Source of the DNA: the human T2T-CHM13v2.0 reference genome, Homo sapiens
Assembly: GCF_009914755.1 (NCBI RefSeq)
Contig: NC_060948.1
Reading direction: 5' to 3' (one strand)
Length of the DNA stretch: 64,000 bases
Shown: positions 1-13,142 of the stretch, piece by piece
How positions within the stretch are numbered: position 1 is the first letter of the stretch
How the letters are laid out: every line of letters starts with the position of its first letter
The notes under the pieces: generated by a model
Seen by the model: the letters and a program-made list of their open reading frames with translations, nothing else
What the model was told of the DNA's origin: nothing
Databases searched by the model: none
Program-made: the position numbers and the translations under genes

Positions 1-2693
<2,693 letters not shown>

Positions 2694-3949
2694 CCTTGTG
2701 TTTGGGGCAGTTTTTCCAGTTTCACTGAAAAGTTTTACTTGATAAATCTAATAAAAAATGGTAAGAGGATGAGACTTGAGGAGTGTATAGTCTGGATGTC
2801 ATTTCTCCTAGTCATTTTTAAATTCATTCTTGTATCTAGAGAAAAAGATCCTTTGTTAAGCACCTTGGCTGCTTTTCTATCTTTGTCTCCAGGCCCTTGC
2901 ATTCAAAGATGAGTTTATCTAGAAATGTTCAATTCAAGCGATTGCTTAATTGTGATAGAGATGTGGGGGGAATTGGCTTTTGTGCAAACCGTAATAATGC
3001 TGTGGATCTAGTCTTTTTAGAAATGGTTCAACCAGTCCAATATCAATATAGCTGCTTATCACTCTATTCACTTACTTCAAAGTGGCGTTTGTTTTGAGTA
3101 AGAATTTATTTAATTCTCACTGTTAGCTTGAAACCATAGAGATCTTCTCTCTATTTGCCCTACTTCCTTCAAAAGTCAAATGACCTCCTACAAATAAAAG
3201 ACATTCATATTTTCATTTCATATTTGAATGAGTATTTGTTCACTTTATTTGAATGTTATAAGTATAAAAGCACTGAGAAACAAAATATTAAGTACTTGAA
3301 ATTTTGGAGAAAAAAAGTAAGAATAACTAAAAACCATATAGTATGGTACCTCATAAAAGTTAGGGTAGATTTGCATTTTAAAATTGCTCATAAGACAAAA
3401 AAATGTAGACTTTTCCCTGAGGCTCAGTGTGTAATTGTGGTGACATGTATTCAGTAGTATGATAAATTTTGCAGGACAATCTTTAAAATAAGGTTATCTC
3501 TGAGCGACTAGCCAGGATGACCAATTAGATTTAGAACTAAGCTATTTTCTTTCCTCCCAAGATCACTTTGTATCCCGAAGAATTAGTAACAGGAGTCTGA
3601 ATATCTGATGACCAGATTACTCAATAATTTCAAGAGTAAGTAGGAAAGGACAAAATACACATCAAAGGTAGCTGGTACAAATGATAGCTCTGATTATAGT
3701 AGACTGGAAAGGAAGAAAAAACCACAACTTTAGTTATTTTTTCTAGAAAGCCAACTTGATTTCATATGAGTAGATGTATTAGAATTCTGAAATGATATTT
3801 GATATTCTATCTAAATTACATGGTATCAATCATGCCATTTCTAAGGGCTTGCTCAGACCAATATTTAGCACAATGAAAGCAAAGATTATTTTCTAACACC
3901 TATTAGTTCATGCAGCCTTCTTTTTGCAATGTGGATGAAGAGAAGTAAC

Positions 3950-3987
3950 CTGTAAAAGGAGGAAATGGAGGATGAAAAAACGGTAAG
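3950..3987 (-). other. Candidate 3' splice site (branch point, polypyrimidine tract, CAG)
   Basis: Minus strand reads CTTAC-CGTTTTTTCATCCTCCATTTCCTCCTTTTACAG|GTTAC. No intervening AG. Exon would start at 3949. Confidence 0.45.
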
Positions 3988-4534
3988 GACTTTTCATCTG
4001 GTTCCTGCAGGCTTTTTGTGTGGCTTGTCCTTGATTGCTGCCAGTGACTTCACATAATGTGTTTCTCGTTCATTTACTCTGTCTCCTTGCATCTCCTGTA
4101 CTGAAAGCCAGACTTTAAAATAAAGATAGTCAGCTTTCAGGAGAGGAAAAACAGTAACAACGACAACAACAAAAGCAAAAACAAAAACAAAAAAAAACCT
4201 CTGTTCTTGTAGTTTGAAAGGTATTTGAACCGTCAGAAAATTATTAGACAAATTCTGAAAGGAATGCTAAACACTACAAAAAATTATTTTTGACAAAGAG
4301 AACTCCTTGTGGGGTTATACTTGAAAGATAAAACTTTGAGGAAAAAAAATAGTGCGTTATATAGAAAAAGGGTGAGGAAAGATTTACTGTTTTATTGTAT
4401 ATCTAATATATGGTCCTCCTAGTATAAGTGAGTTTAAAGCTATTATAGAGTAAAAAAAAAAAACTTCTTTAAACACAAATGAAGTTTTATATTCAAACAA
4501 ATTTATTAATTTGCTTCACAAATCAAACCATTTA

Positions 4535-4845
4535 CAGTGGGGGTCAGCAAATTACAGAACTCTGGCCAAATCCAGCCCAATTCCTGTTTTTATGCAGGCC
4601 TCAAGTCAAGAATGGTTGACAGATGAACATTAGCAATTGATTTGATACAGGGAACACTAACTTTGAGCCCCAAGTAAGCAAATATCCAGTCACAATAAGA
4701 GTCATTATTTTTATTAGATTTTCATTAAAATAATTGTACTCAATTTTTATATTTTGAATTTCATCAATACAAATATTGTAGAAACTTGTTTTCCTTTCTG
4801 TTAATGTTGCCTATTGGCCCACAAAGCCTAAAATATTTATTGTTA
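4535..4845 (+). mobile_element. MER58-family hAT-Charlie DNA transposon (MER58C/D-like)
   Basis: Starts CAGTGGGGGTCAGCAAATTAC...GGCCAAATCCAGCCC...CCTGTTTTT and ends TGGCCCACAAAGCCTAAAATATTTA, like MER58 termini. Confidence 0.75.
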
Positions 4846-4874
4846 GCTAATCATTCTAGATTGCATTTGTTATC

Positions 4875-5327
4875 TTTCATGCGCGTCCATGTGAAGAGAC
4901 CGCCAAACAGGCTTTGTGTGAGCAACGAGGCTGTTTATTTCACCTGGGTGCAGGTGGGCTGAGTCCGAAAAGAGAGTCAGTGAAGGGAGATAGGGGTGGG
5001 GCCGTTTTATAGGATTTGGGTAGGTAAAGGAAAATTACAGTCAAAGGGAGGTTGTTCTCTGGCGGGCAGGAGTGGGGGTCACAAGGTGCTCAGTGGGGGG
5101 TGCTTTTTGAGCCATGATGAGCAGGAAAAGGACTTTCACAAGATAATGTCATCACTTAAGGCAAGGACCAGCCATTTATACTTCTGTTGTGGTGGAATGT
5201 CATCAGTTAAGGTGGGGCAGGGCATATTCACTTCTTTTGTGATTCTTCAGTTACTTCAGGCCATCTGGGCATATATGTGCAAGTGACAGGGGATGCGATG
5301 GCTTGGCTTGGGCTCAGAGGCCTGACA
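4875..5327 (-). mobile_element. HERV-H 3' LTR (LTR7)
   Basis: Minus strand TGTCAGGCCTCTGAGCCCAAGCC...GCGCATGAAA. AATAAA at 4939-4934. Preceded by the PPT AAGAAGGCAGGAA (5340-5328). Confidence 0.97.
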
Positions 5328-7309
5328 TTCCTGCCTTCTTATATTAATAAGAAAAATAAAACAAAATAGTGTTGAAGTGTTGGGGTGGCAAAAATTTTGG
5401 GGGGGTGGTATGGAGAGAGAGTGGACGATGTTTCTCAGGGCTGCTTCAAGCGGGATTAGGTGCTGTGTGGGAACCTAGAGTGGGAGAGATTAAGCTGAAG
5501 GGAGGTCTTGTGGTAAGGGGTGATATTGTGGGGATGTTACAAGAAACATTTGTCATACAGAATGATTGCTGATGGCCTGGATATGGTTTTGGATGAATTG
5601 AGAAACTAAATGGAATAAGAGAAGGAGAAAAACAGGTATAAAAGGTCTAAGAATTGGGACGACTCAGGATATCTGATTAGAGAATGCCTAAGGAGATTCA
5701 GCAGAGTCCTGCCAGCAAAGATTATTTATTTACTTCAAGAGTTAAGAGTGGCAATTTGGGGATAGCACCAGGAAATATCACCTGTGATGGCTTGGAAAAA
5801 CAGTGTAAACTGGCAGTGTAAACAAGAGCAGGGCATGTATGAGTAGTTGAGAACGGTAAATAGGAGTATGACTAGACAGAAGATAGCAGGGATGACAAGT
5901 TTTCTGGGGCACAGTCTAAGTTGCTCTGGTGTCTGCAATGAGACTGGGGCCTAATAAAAAGGAGCATCTATACAGGAGCTTAAATGGGCTGTACCCTGTA
6001 GCATTCCGAAGACAGGCCTGAATTCTGAGAAGGGAAAGTGGTAAAAGTATTGTCCAGTCCTTTTTAAGTTGGTAGCTGAGCTTGGTGAGGTGTGTTTTTA
6101 AAAGACCTTTAGTCCATTCTACTTTTCTTGAAGATGGAGGACCGTAAGGGATATAAAGGTTTCACTGAATACTAAGAGCCTGAAAAACTGCTTGGCTGAT
6201 TTGACTAATAAAGGCTGGTCTGTTATCAGACTGTATAGAGGTGGGAAGGCTAAACTGAGGAATTATGTCTGACAGGAGGGAAGAAATGACTGTGGTGGCC
6301 TTCTCAGACCCTGTAGGAAAGGCCTTTACTTATTCAGTGAAAGTGTCTATTTAGACTAAGAGGTATTTTAGTTTCCTGAATCAGGGCATGTTGAGTAAGC
6401 TAATTTGCCAGTCCTGAGTGGCAGCAAATCCTCGAGCTTGATGTGTAGGGAAGGGAGGGGGCCTGAATAATCCCTGAGGAGTAGTAGAATAGCAGATGGA
6501 ACACTGAGAAGTTATTTCCTTGAGGATAGATTTCCACGATGGAAAGGAAATGAGAGGTTCTGAGAGGCGGGCTAGTGGCTTGTACTATAGCATAGCCTGC
6601 CTTTGCTGGTGTGTGGTGATTAGGCCTGGTAGAACTGCCATCAATAAATCAAGCGTGATCAGGGTGAGGAACAGAAAAGAAGGAAATATGGGGAAATGGG
6701 GTGAATATCAGGTGGATCAGAGAGATACAGTCATGGGGGTCAGGTGTGGTATCAGGAATAATGTGAGAGGCCAGATTGAAGTCTGGGCCAGGAACAATGG
6801 TAACTGTGGGACTTAAAGAGTGAGTACAGCTGAAGGAGCTGGGGAGCAGAAAGTATATGTGTCAGGTATGAGGAAGACAATAGATTTTGGAAGTTATGAG
6901 AAATGTAGAGAGTGAGTTGAGCATAGTTTGTGATTTTTAGGGCCTCTAACAGTATTAAAGCAGTGGCAGCTGCTGCACGCAGACATGAGGGCTAGGCTAA
7001 AACAGTAAGGTCAAGTTGTTTGGACAGAAAGCCTACACTGTGTGGTCCTGGCCCTTGTGTAAGAATTCTGACCGCACTAACCATGCCTAGGAAAGAAAGG
7101 AGTTGCTCTTTTTTAAGGGATTGAGGTTTGGGAGATTAATCAGACATGATCAGCAGGGAGAGCACGTGTGTTTTTATGAGAATTATGCTGAGATAGGTAA
7201 CAGATGAGGATGAAATTTGGGCTTGACTGAAGTAATGGGGGCTGTCTGTGAAGCCTTGAGGCAGTACAGCCCAGGTAATTTGCTGAGCCTAATGGGTGTC
7301 AGGGTCAGT

Positions 7310-7702
7310 CTAAGTGAAGGCAAAGAGAGGCTGGGATGAAAGGTGCAAAGGAATAGTAAAGAAAGCATGTTTGAGATCCAGAACAGAATAATGGGTAGTA
7401 GAGGGAGCTATTGAGGATAGGAGAGTATACAGGTTTGGCACCATGGGGTGGATAGACGAAACAATTTGGTTGATAAGGCACAGATTCTGAACTAACTTGT
7501 AAGCCTTGTCTGGTTTTAGGACAGGTAAAATGGGGGAATGGTAAGGAGAGTTTATAGGTTTTAGAAGCCCATGCTGTAGCAGGCAAGTGATAACGGGCTT
7601 TAATCCTTTTACAGCATGCTGTGGGATGGGATATTGGCATTGAGTGGGGTAAGGGTGATTAGGTTTTAATGAGATGGTAAGGGGTGCATGATCAGTCACC
7701 AA
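7310..7702 (-). pseudogene. HERV-H pol, RT N-terminal fragment
   Basis: Gammaretroviral RT motifs SPYHSPILPVLKP, YKLVQNL and VLDLKHAFFTIPL. The ORF ends before the YXDD motif. Confidence 0.92.
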
Positions 7703-7890
7703 GGAGGGAGTAGAGGTATCTTATACTTCTGGGTTAAGGTGGGGGAATACTAGAGGAGGATGCAAAGGATGCTTTGGATTGGGAAGAAGGGCAGCAATGA
7801 GATGCGGCTATAGTCCAGGAATAGTCAGGTAAGCAGATAATTTGGTTAAAATATCTCAGCCTAATAAGGGAACTGGGCAGGTGGGGATAA

Positions 7891-8079
7891 CTAAAAAAGA
7901 GTGCATAAAAGAGTATCCTCTAATTTGGCACCAGAGTTGGGAGTTTTAAGAGGTTTAGAAGCCTGGCTGTCAATACCCACAACAGTTATGGAGGCAAGGG
8001 AAACAGGCCCTTGAAAAGAAGGTAATGTGGAGTGGGTAGCCTCTGTATTGATTAAGAAGGGAATGGACTTACCCTCCAC
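7891..8079 (-). pseudogene. HERV-H protease fragment with inactivated catalytic motif
   Basis: FLINTEATHSTL, where NTEA replaces the catalytic DTGA. Confidence 0.9.
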
Positions 8080-8159
8080 TGTGAGAGTTACTTAAAGCTC
8101 GGCATCCGTGATGGTCTACCGGGCTTCTGAGGCAATCAGGCAGCATCAGTCTTCAGCCG

Positions 8160-8486
8160 CTAAGCCAAGAAGGAGTCAGTCAGAGAGCCTTGGGCCAGAG
8201 TTCCAGGGGCTCTGGGAGTGGCTGCCAGGTGAGTTGAACAGTCCAATTTCCAGTGGGGTCCCGCACAGATGGGACATGGCTTAGGAGGAATCCTGGGCTG
8301 CAGGCATTCCTTGGCCTGGTGGTCAGATTTCTGGCACTTGTAGCAAGCTCCTGGGGGAGGAGGTTCTGGAGGAATGCCTGGCCGCTGTGGTTCAGGCATT
8401 TGGAAGTTCTTGTGTGCTGGATATGTGGCTGGGGTTTGTCTCACAGTGGAGGCAAGGAATTGCAACTTTTTTATGTTATTGTACAC
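8160..8486 (-). pseudogene. HERV-H gag nucleocapsid fragment with two CCHC zinc knuckles
   Basis: CYKCQKSDHQAKEC and CPICAGPHWKLDC in the 108-aa ORF. Confidence 0.92.
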
Positions 8487-9439
8487 CTTGAAGGTGAGGT
8501 TAATTAAGTCCTGTTGTGGGGTTTGAGGGCCAGATTCTAATTTTTGGAGTTTTATTTAATGTCAGGAGCAGATTGGGTAATAAAATGTATATTGAGAATA
8601 AGATGGCCTTTTGACCTTTTAGGGTCTAGGGCTGTAAAGTGTCTCAGGGTTGCTGCTGAACGAGCCATGAACTGGGCTGGGTTTTTATATTTGATAAAAA
8701 AGAGCCTAAATGCTTCTGATTTGGGATAAAGAAAAAGGAGCATTAACCTTGACTATGCCTTTGGCTCCAACCACCTTTTTAAGAGTAAATTGCTGGGCAG
8801 GTGGGGGAGGGCTAGTCAAAGAATGAAACTGTAAGCAGGACCAGGTGTGAGGAGGGGAGGTAATAAAAAGATTACAGGGTGGAGGAGTGGAGGCTGAGGG
8901 AGAATTGGGACCTAGTTTGGCCTGGCGAGGAGGGGAGAGGGCAGATGGGTCTGTAGAAAAGGAAGATTAGAAAGACTCAGCGACGCTTGGGGTTGGGACT
9001 GAGGGGACAGGCAGGAGGGAAAGAAGGAAGGTTTGGGATGAGCTGCACTGGGCACAGAGACTAGGAAGGGACTGATGTGTAAAAGAATGCCTGGACATCA
9101 GGCACCTCAGACCATTTGCCTATTTTATGACAAGAATTATTTAGATCTTGTAGGATGGAAAAATTGAAAGCGCCATTTTCCGGCTATTTGGAACTACTGT
9201 CGGGTTTGTATTGGGGTCAAGCGGCATTGCAGAAGAAAATAAGATGCTTAGATTTTAGGTCAGGTGAGAGTTGAAGAGGTTTTAAGTTCTTAAGAATATA
9301 AGCTAAGGGAGAAGAAGGAGGAATGGAAGGTGGAAACTTGCCCATAGTGAAGGAGGCAAGCCCAGAGAAAAGAGTAGAGACACAGGAAGAGGTGGGGGGT
9401 TCTTGCCCTCCAGAAAAGCAGAGAAAGGGTTGGGCCATG

Positions 9440-9540
9440 GAAATAAGGAATTGGGGCACAGAGATAAGAGGTTGGGGTTCAGAAATAAGGGATTGGGGCA
9501 CAGAGATAAGAGGTCGGGGTTCAGAAATAAGGGATTGGGG
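9440..9540. repeat. 42-bp (2 x 21-bp) tandem repeat in the HERV-H leader, ~2.4 copies
   Basis: GAAATAAGG..TTGGGGCACAGAGATAAGAGGT.GGGGTTCA starts at 9440, 9482 and 9524. Confidence 0.9.
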
Positions 9541-9600
9541 AGTTCTTGCCCCCTAGGAAAGCAGGACTTGCCGCTAAGGGTGAAGGAGAAGGGGTTGAGG

Positions 9601-9803
9601 GGTACTTGCCCCTCCCCCAGAAAAGCAGAGAAGGGGTAGAGACATGGAGAGAAGGGGTTGGGGTACTTGCCCTTTCCCCAGAAAAGCAGAGAAGGGGTAG
9701 AGACAAGGAGAGAAGGGGTACTTGCCTTTTCCCTGGAAAAGCAGAGAAGGGGTAGAGACAAGGAGAGAAGGGGTTGGGGTACTTGCCCCTTCCCCTGAAA
9801 AGC
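9601..9803. repeat. 55-61-bp tandem repeat in the HERV-H leader, ~3.4 copies
   Basis: GGTACTTGCC...GAAAAGCAGAGAAGGGGTAGAGAC..GGAGAGAAGG units start at 9601, 9662, 9717 and 9778. Confidence 0.9.
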
Positions 9804-10112
9804 GGGACTTTCTGCTAAGGGTGAAGGACCAAGGCAGGCATCCCTGCGTGGTCTGACACCCTTGAAACGTGGGTGAATAATCAGAGAGGTGTCCCTGCAA
9901 TGATTAAACGCCAAGGGAAAGCTGCCTTCCCAGTCCGTGACCGGCGCCGGAGTTTTGGGTCCACGGATAAAATGTGTCTCCTTTGTCTCTACCAAAAAAT
10001 GAAAGGAATTGAAATTAAGAGAAAGGAGAGATTGAAGTGTGGCGCCAAGATTGAAAGGAGAAAGAGGTTGAGGGATAGTGAGGGAGGTTGGAGAAGAGAG
10101 TAAAAAGAGGCC

Positions 10113-10121
10113 ACTTACCGG
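10113..10121 (-). promoter_or_regulatory. HERV-H major leader splice donor CCG|GTAAGT
   Basis: Minus strand AAATCCG|GTAAGTGG, ~145 nt downstream of the 5' LTR. This is the position of the known HERV-H donor. Confidence 0.85.
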
Positions 10122-10244
10122 ATTTGAAATTGGTGAGATGTTTCTTGGGCTGGTCAGTCTGAGGACCTGAGGTCATAGGTGGATCTTTCTCATGGAGCAA
10201 AGAGCAGGAGGACAGGGGATTGATCTCCCAAGGGAGGTCCCCCA

Positions 10245-10262
10245 ATCCGAGTCACAGCACCA
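10245..10262 (-). promoter_or_regulatory. Primer binding site, tRNA-His
   Basis: TGGTGCTGTGACTCGGAT, 17/18 match to the tRNA-His PBS (TGGTGCCGTGACTCGGAT), next to the 5' LTR. Confidence 0.95.
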
Positions 10263-10264
10263 AA

Positions 10265-10716
10265 TTTCATGCGCATCCGTGTGAAGAGACCACCAAACAG
10301 GCTTTGTGTGAGCAACGTGGCTGTTTATTTCACCTGGGTGCAGGCGGGCTGAGTCCAAAAAGAGAGTCAGCGAAGGGAGTTAGGGGTGGGGCTGTTTTAT
10401 AGGATTTGGGTAGGTAAAGGAAAATTATAGTCAAAGGGGGGTTGTTCTCTGGAGGGCAGGAGTGGGGGTTGCAAGGTGCTCAGTGGGGGTGCTTTTTGAG
10501 CCAGGATGAGCCAGGAAAAGGACTTTCACAAGGTAATGTCATCAGTTAAGGCAAGGACCGGCCGTTTGCACTTCTTTTGTGGTGGAATGTCATCAGTTAA
10601 GGAGGGCAGGGCGTATTCACTTCTTTTGTGATTCTTCAGTTACTTCAGGCCATCTGGGTGTATACGTGCAAGTGACAGGGGATGCGATGGCTTGGCTTGG
10701 GCTCAGAGGCCTGATG
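10265..10716 (-). promoter_or_regulatory. HERV-H 5' LTR (LTR7, LTR7up/7u-like) promoter
   Basis: TATAAAA at 10401-10395. Two ACAAAAGAAG blocks (10580-10571 and 10629-10620). About 30 differences from the 3' LTR by eye. Confidence 0.93.
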
Positions 10717-11418
10717 TTATCTTTACTAATAAACAACCTAGAATAATTATATATGACCAGTTTTTATTATCATGGAAATGAAATGGAATAAATATGACAG
10801 TATGTTGTAGATTTAAATTTGCCAATAGTTGAAGAGACTGAGGCTTTTTAAAGGTATGTTTCTCTTTTTAAAAGGAGTCTTTCAACACCACATATGTTAC
10901 CCATGAATTGTGTTTTTTCTGAAAAAGAATATGAGGAACAATTCGAGGGAATTTTTTATTCTACTGTCCTTTTTATCAGCCAATATTCCAGTTTGGTAAA
11001 CTATGTAGTATTATCACAGATTATAAATTGAAGCCTTTGATCTCTTTCTGATTGTACATCTAGTTTGTTTAAACGCATTCATTTCCCAAAATATTATCTA
11101 AAACTTGCTGATATTTGTATTGTATTTCAGTTGTAACTGAATCATTTAACATAACTATTTTTGTTTTCAAGACTGATATGTAAATTCCATGACTGAAAGG
11201 ATCACATATTCTATATATCTGATGCCTGTCTTTCTTCCTATCTGTCAATTTTTCCATTTTACTCTACAAATGTAGGATTACATAAGTGTTCTGTTAATGA
11301 TATTCCCCAAATCATGTTTGCAAGGGCCCTCTTTAATCTTTTAAGAGCAGTCTATGAACACCTCCTCTTCTGAGAAACTAAACATAAATCCTTTTTTCAA
11401 ATAAAAAGTATCTGTGGC

Positions 11419-11861
11419 TAAGGGAGGAGACCACCCCTCATATTGTCTTATGCCCAATTTCTGCGTCCAAAGAAAGAAGAAGTAAAAACTAAAAGTGGGA
11501 AATGAAATCCACAATCAGACAGCCCTGCACCACACCCTGGGCCTGGTAGTTAAAGATCGAACCCTGACCTAATGGGTTACTTGCATAAGAAAAGCACTGT
11601 GAAGATCCCTGTCCTGTTCTGTTCCATTCTAATTACAGGTGCATGCAGCCCCCAGTCATGTACACCCTGCTTGCTCAATTGATCAAGACCCTCTCACAGG
11701 GACCGCCTTAGAGTTGTGAGCCCTTAAAAGGGACAGGAATTCCTCACTCAGAGAGCTCAGTTGTTGGAGATGTGAGTCTTGCCGAAGCTCCCCACCGAAT
11801 AAAGCTCTTCCTTCTTCAACTCGGTGTCTGAGGGGTTTTGCCTGCGGCTTGTCCTGCTACA
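11419..11861 (+). mobile_element. Solo LTR2 (HERV-E family)
   Basis: Starts TAAGGGAGGAGACCACCCCTCATATTGTCTTATGCCC and ends GTCCTGCTACA. Contains CCCTTAAAAGGG and AATAAA. Flanks are TGGC/TGCC. Confidence 0.9.
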
Positions 11862-11992
11862 TGCCTACATCATAATTGTGAAATAAAACCAACAGTGTTA
11901 TCTTGGTCATGACTAAATCAACAAAGAATTAGTCCCTGAGCTAAAAATTGTTACCAGTACACGAGGGGCCACCAATATCTCTCCCAAGTGGT

Positions 11993-12859
11993 AGAAAACC
12001 AAAAATAAAATGCTAAGCCTCCCAACCAAATAAATGTATGACCTCTTGCCTGAGGGGATTCTAAAGAAACCTGAAATACTAGTTCAGGCCATGAGGAGGT
12101 GGGGGTTAGACATGCTTCCCTTTGGAGTTTAGGCACAACTGACCAGCATTAACATTAAAATAGAGATTATAACACTGACAAAAGAAACTCTTTGTAGCAT
12201 TACAATACCCAACTGCAACCTGACTCTGGTATAGCATTATGTGACAGATAACAGGCCCCAAAGGCAATTAAAATGTTTTGCCCCAAAATATATTTCTTTA
12301 GCATATTTAGGAATGACTCTGCAAAGCCATCTCTTGTGAGGGAAATTTCCATTCTGTATATAATCCCTTCCTTTACTAGATCTTTTCCAGAGAGTCTGAC
12401 ACCATTTAAGGTCCTTATAAGAGACATTTACCATCTGTTCTCTCTGAAGCCTAATACCTGGAAGCTTCATCTACATAAGAACCTTGGTTTCCACAAGTCC
12501 TACCTTGTCTTAACTCAAGCATTTCTTTATGCTGAATTCAATTCTTCAGCCAGGGCTTAATTCTTTCAACCAGTTGCTGATCAGAAAAATCTTTGAATCC
12601 ACCCATGACCTGGAAGCCCCTACTTTGAAATGTCCTGCCTTTCTAGGCAGAATCAATGTATGCCTTCCATGTATTGATTTATTTATTTGCCTGCAACTTC
12701 TATCTCCTTAAAATGTATAAAGTCACACTGTGACACAATGAACATGGGCACATGTTATCAGGACCTCCTCAGGCTGTGTCATGGGCCATGCTCCTTAACC
12801 TTAGCAAATAAACCTCTAAAATGATTGAAACTTATCATGGGTATTTTCTTTGATTTATA
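11993..12859 (+). mobile_element. Solo MER4-family LTR (MER4D/E-like)
   Basis: AAACCAAAAATAAAATGCTAAGCC start, CCCCAAAATATATTTCTTT core, and end ...GGGCACATGTTATCAGGACCTCC...AATAAACC...TTTATA. Confidence 0.8.
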
Positions 12860-13142
12860 TAGTTTAATGTGCAAATCTGCCTAAGTTGTTTAAATAGATA
12901 ATAGGTCCCATCAAATTCTTTGGTTTATGGAATGTTAATAGGCAGAACATCCTAATCTTTCTGGAGGCAAGTTATATGCCAAATGTTGGAAAGGATGGAA
13001 CCCAGTGTGATAATATGGCTATGAGTTTCTCCTCTATACTATTTCAGTTTTCTATTATTTGTATAATAGACTCACAACAATATCATTGATCTAAGAAATC
13101 TGAGCATGCTTTTTCCTCCAAAACTTATTGAATAATAATTAA

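Larger units (their letters stand above)
4875..10716 (-). mobile_element. HERV-H provirus, common ~5.8-kb deleted form with two LTR7
   Basis: Two ~452-bp direct LTRs, tRNA-His PBS, PPT, and gag NC zinc knuckles, pro and RT remnants. The flanking duplication is TTATC, extendable to TGTTATC. Total length 5842 bp. Confidence 0.98.

Noticed and set aside
3173-3186. AAGTCA-AA-TGACCT nuclear-receptor-like inverted repeat
   Set aside because: A single imperfect short motif is expected by chance in 64 kb, and there is no supporting evidence.
9217-9995. Overlapping 60-230-aa ORFs as novel proteins
   Set aside because: They arise from stop-poor tandem repeats in the HERV-H leader and give repetitive peptides in several frames.
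4875-10716. Asymmetric CpG retention in the 5' versus 3' LTR as a sign of germline activity
   Set aside because: By-eye comparison shows CpG losses in both LTRs, and the counts are too small to call a bias.
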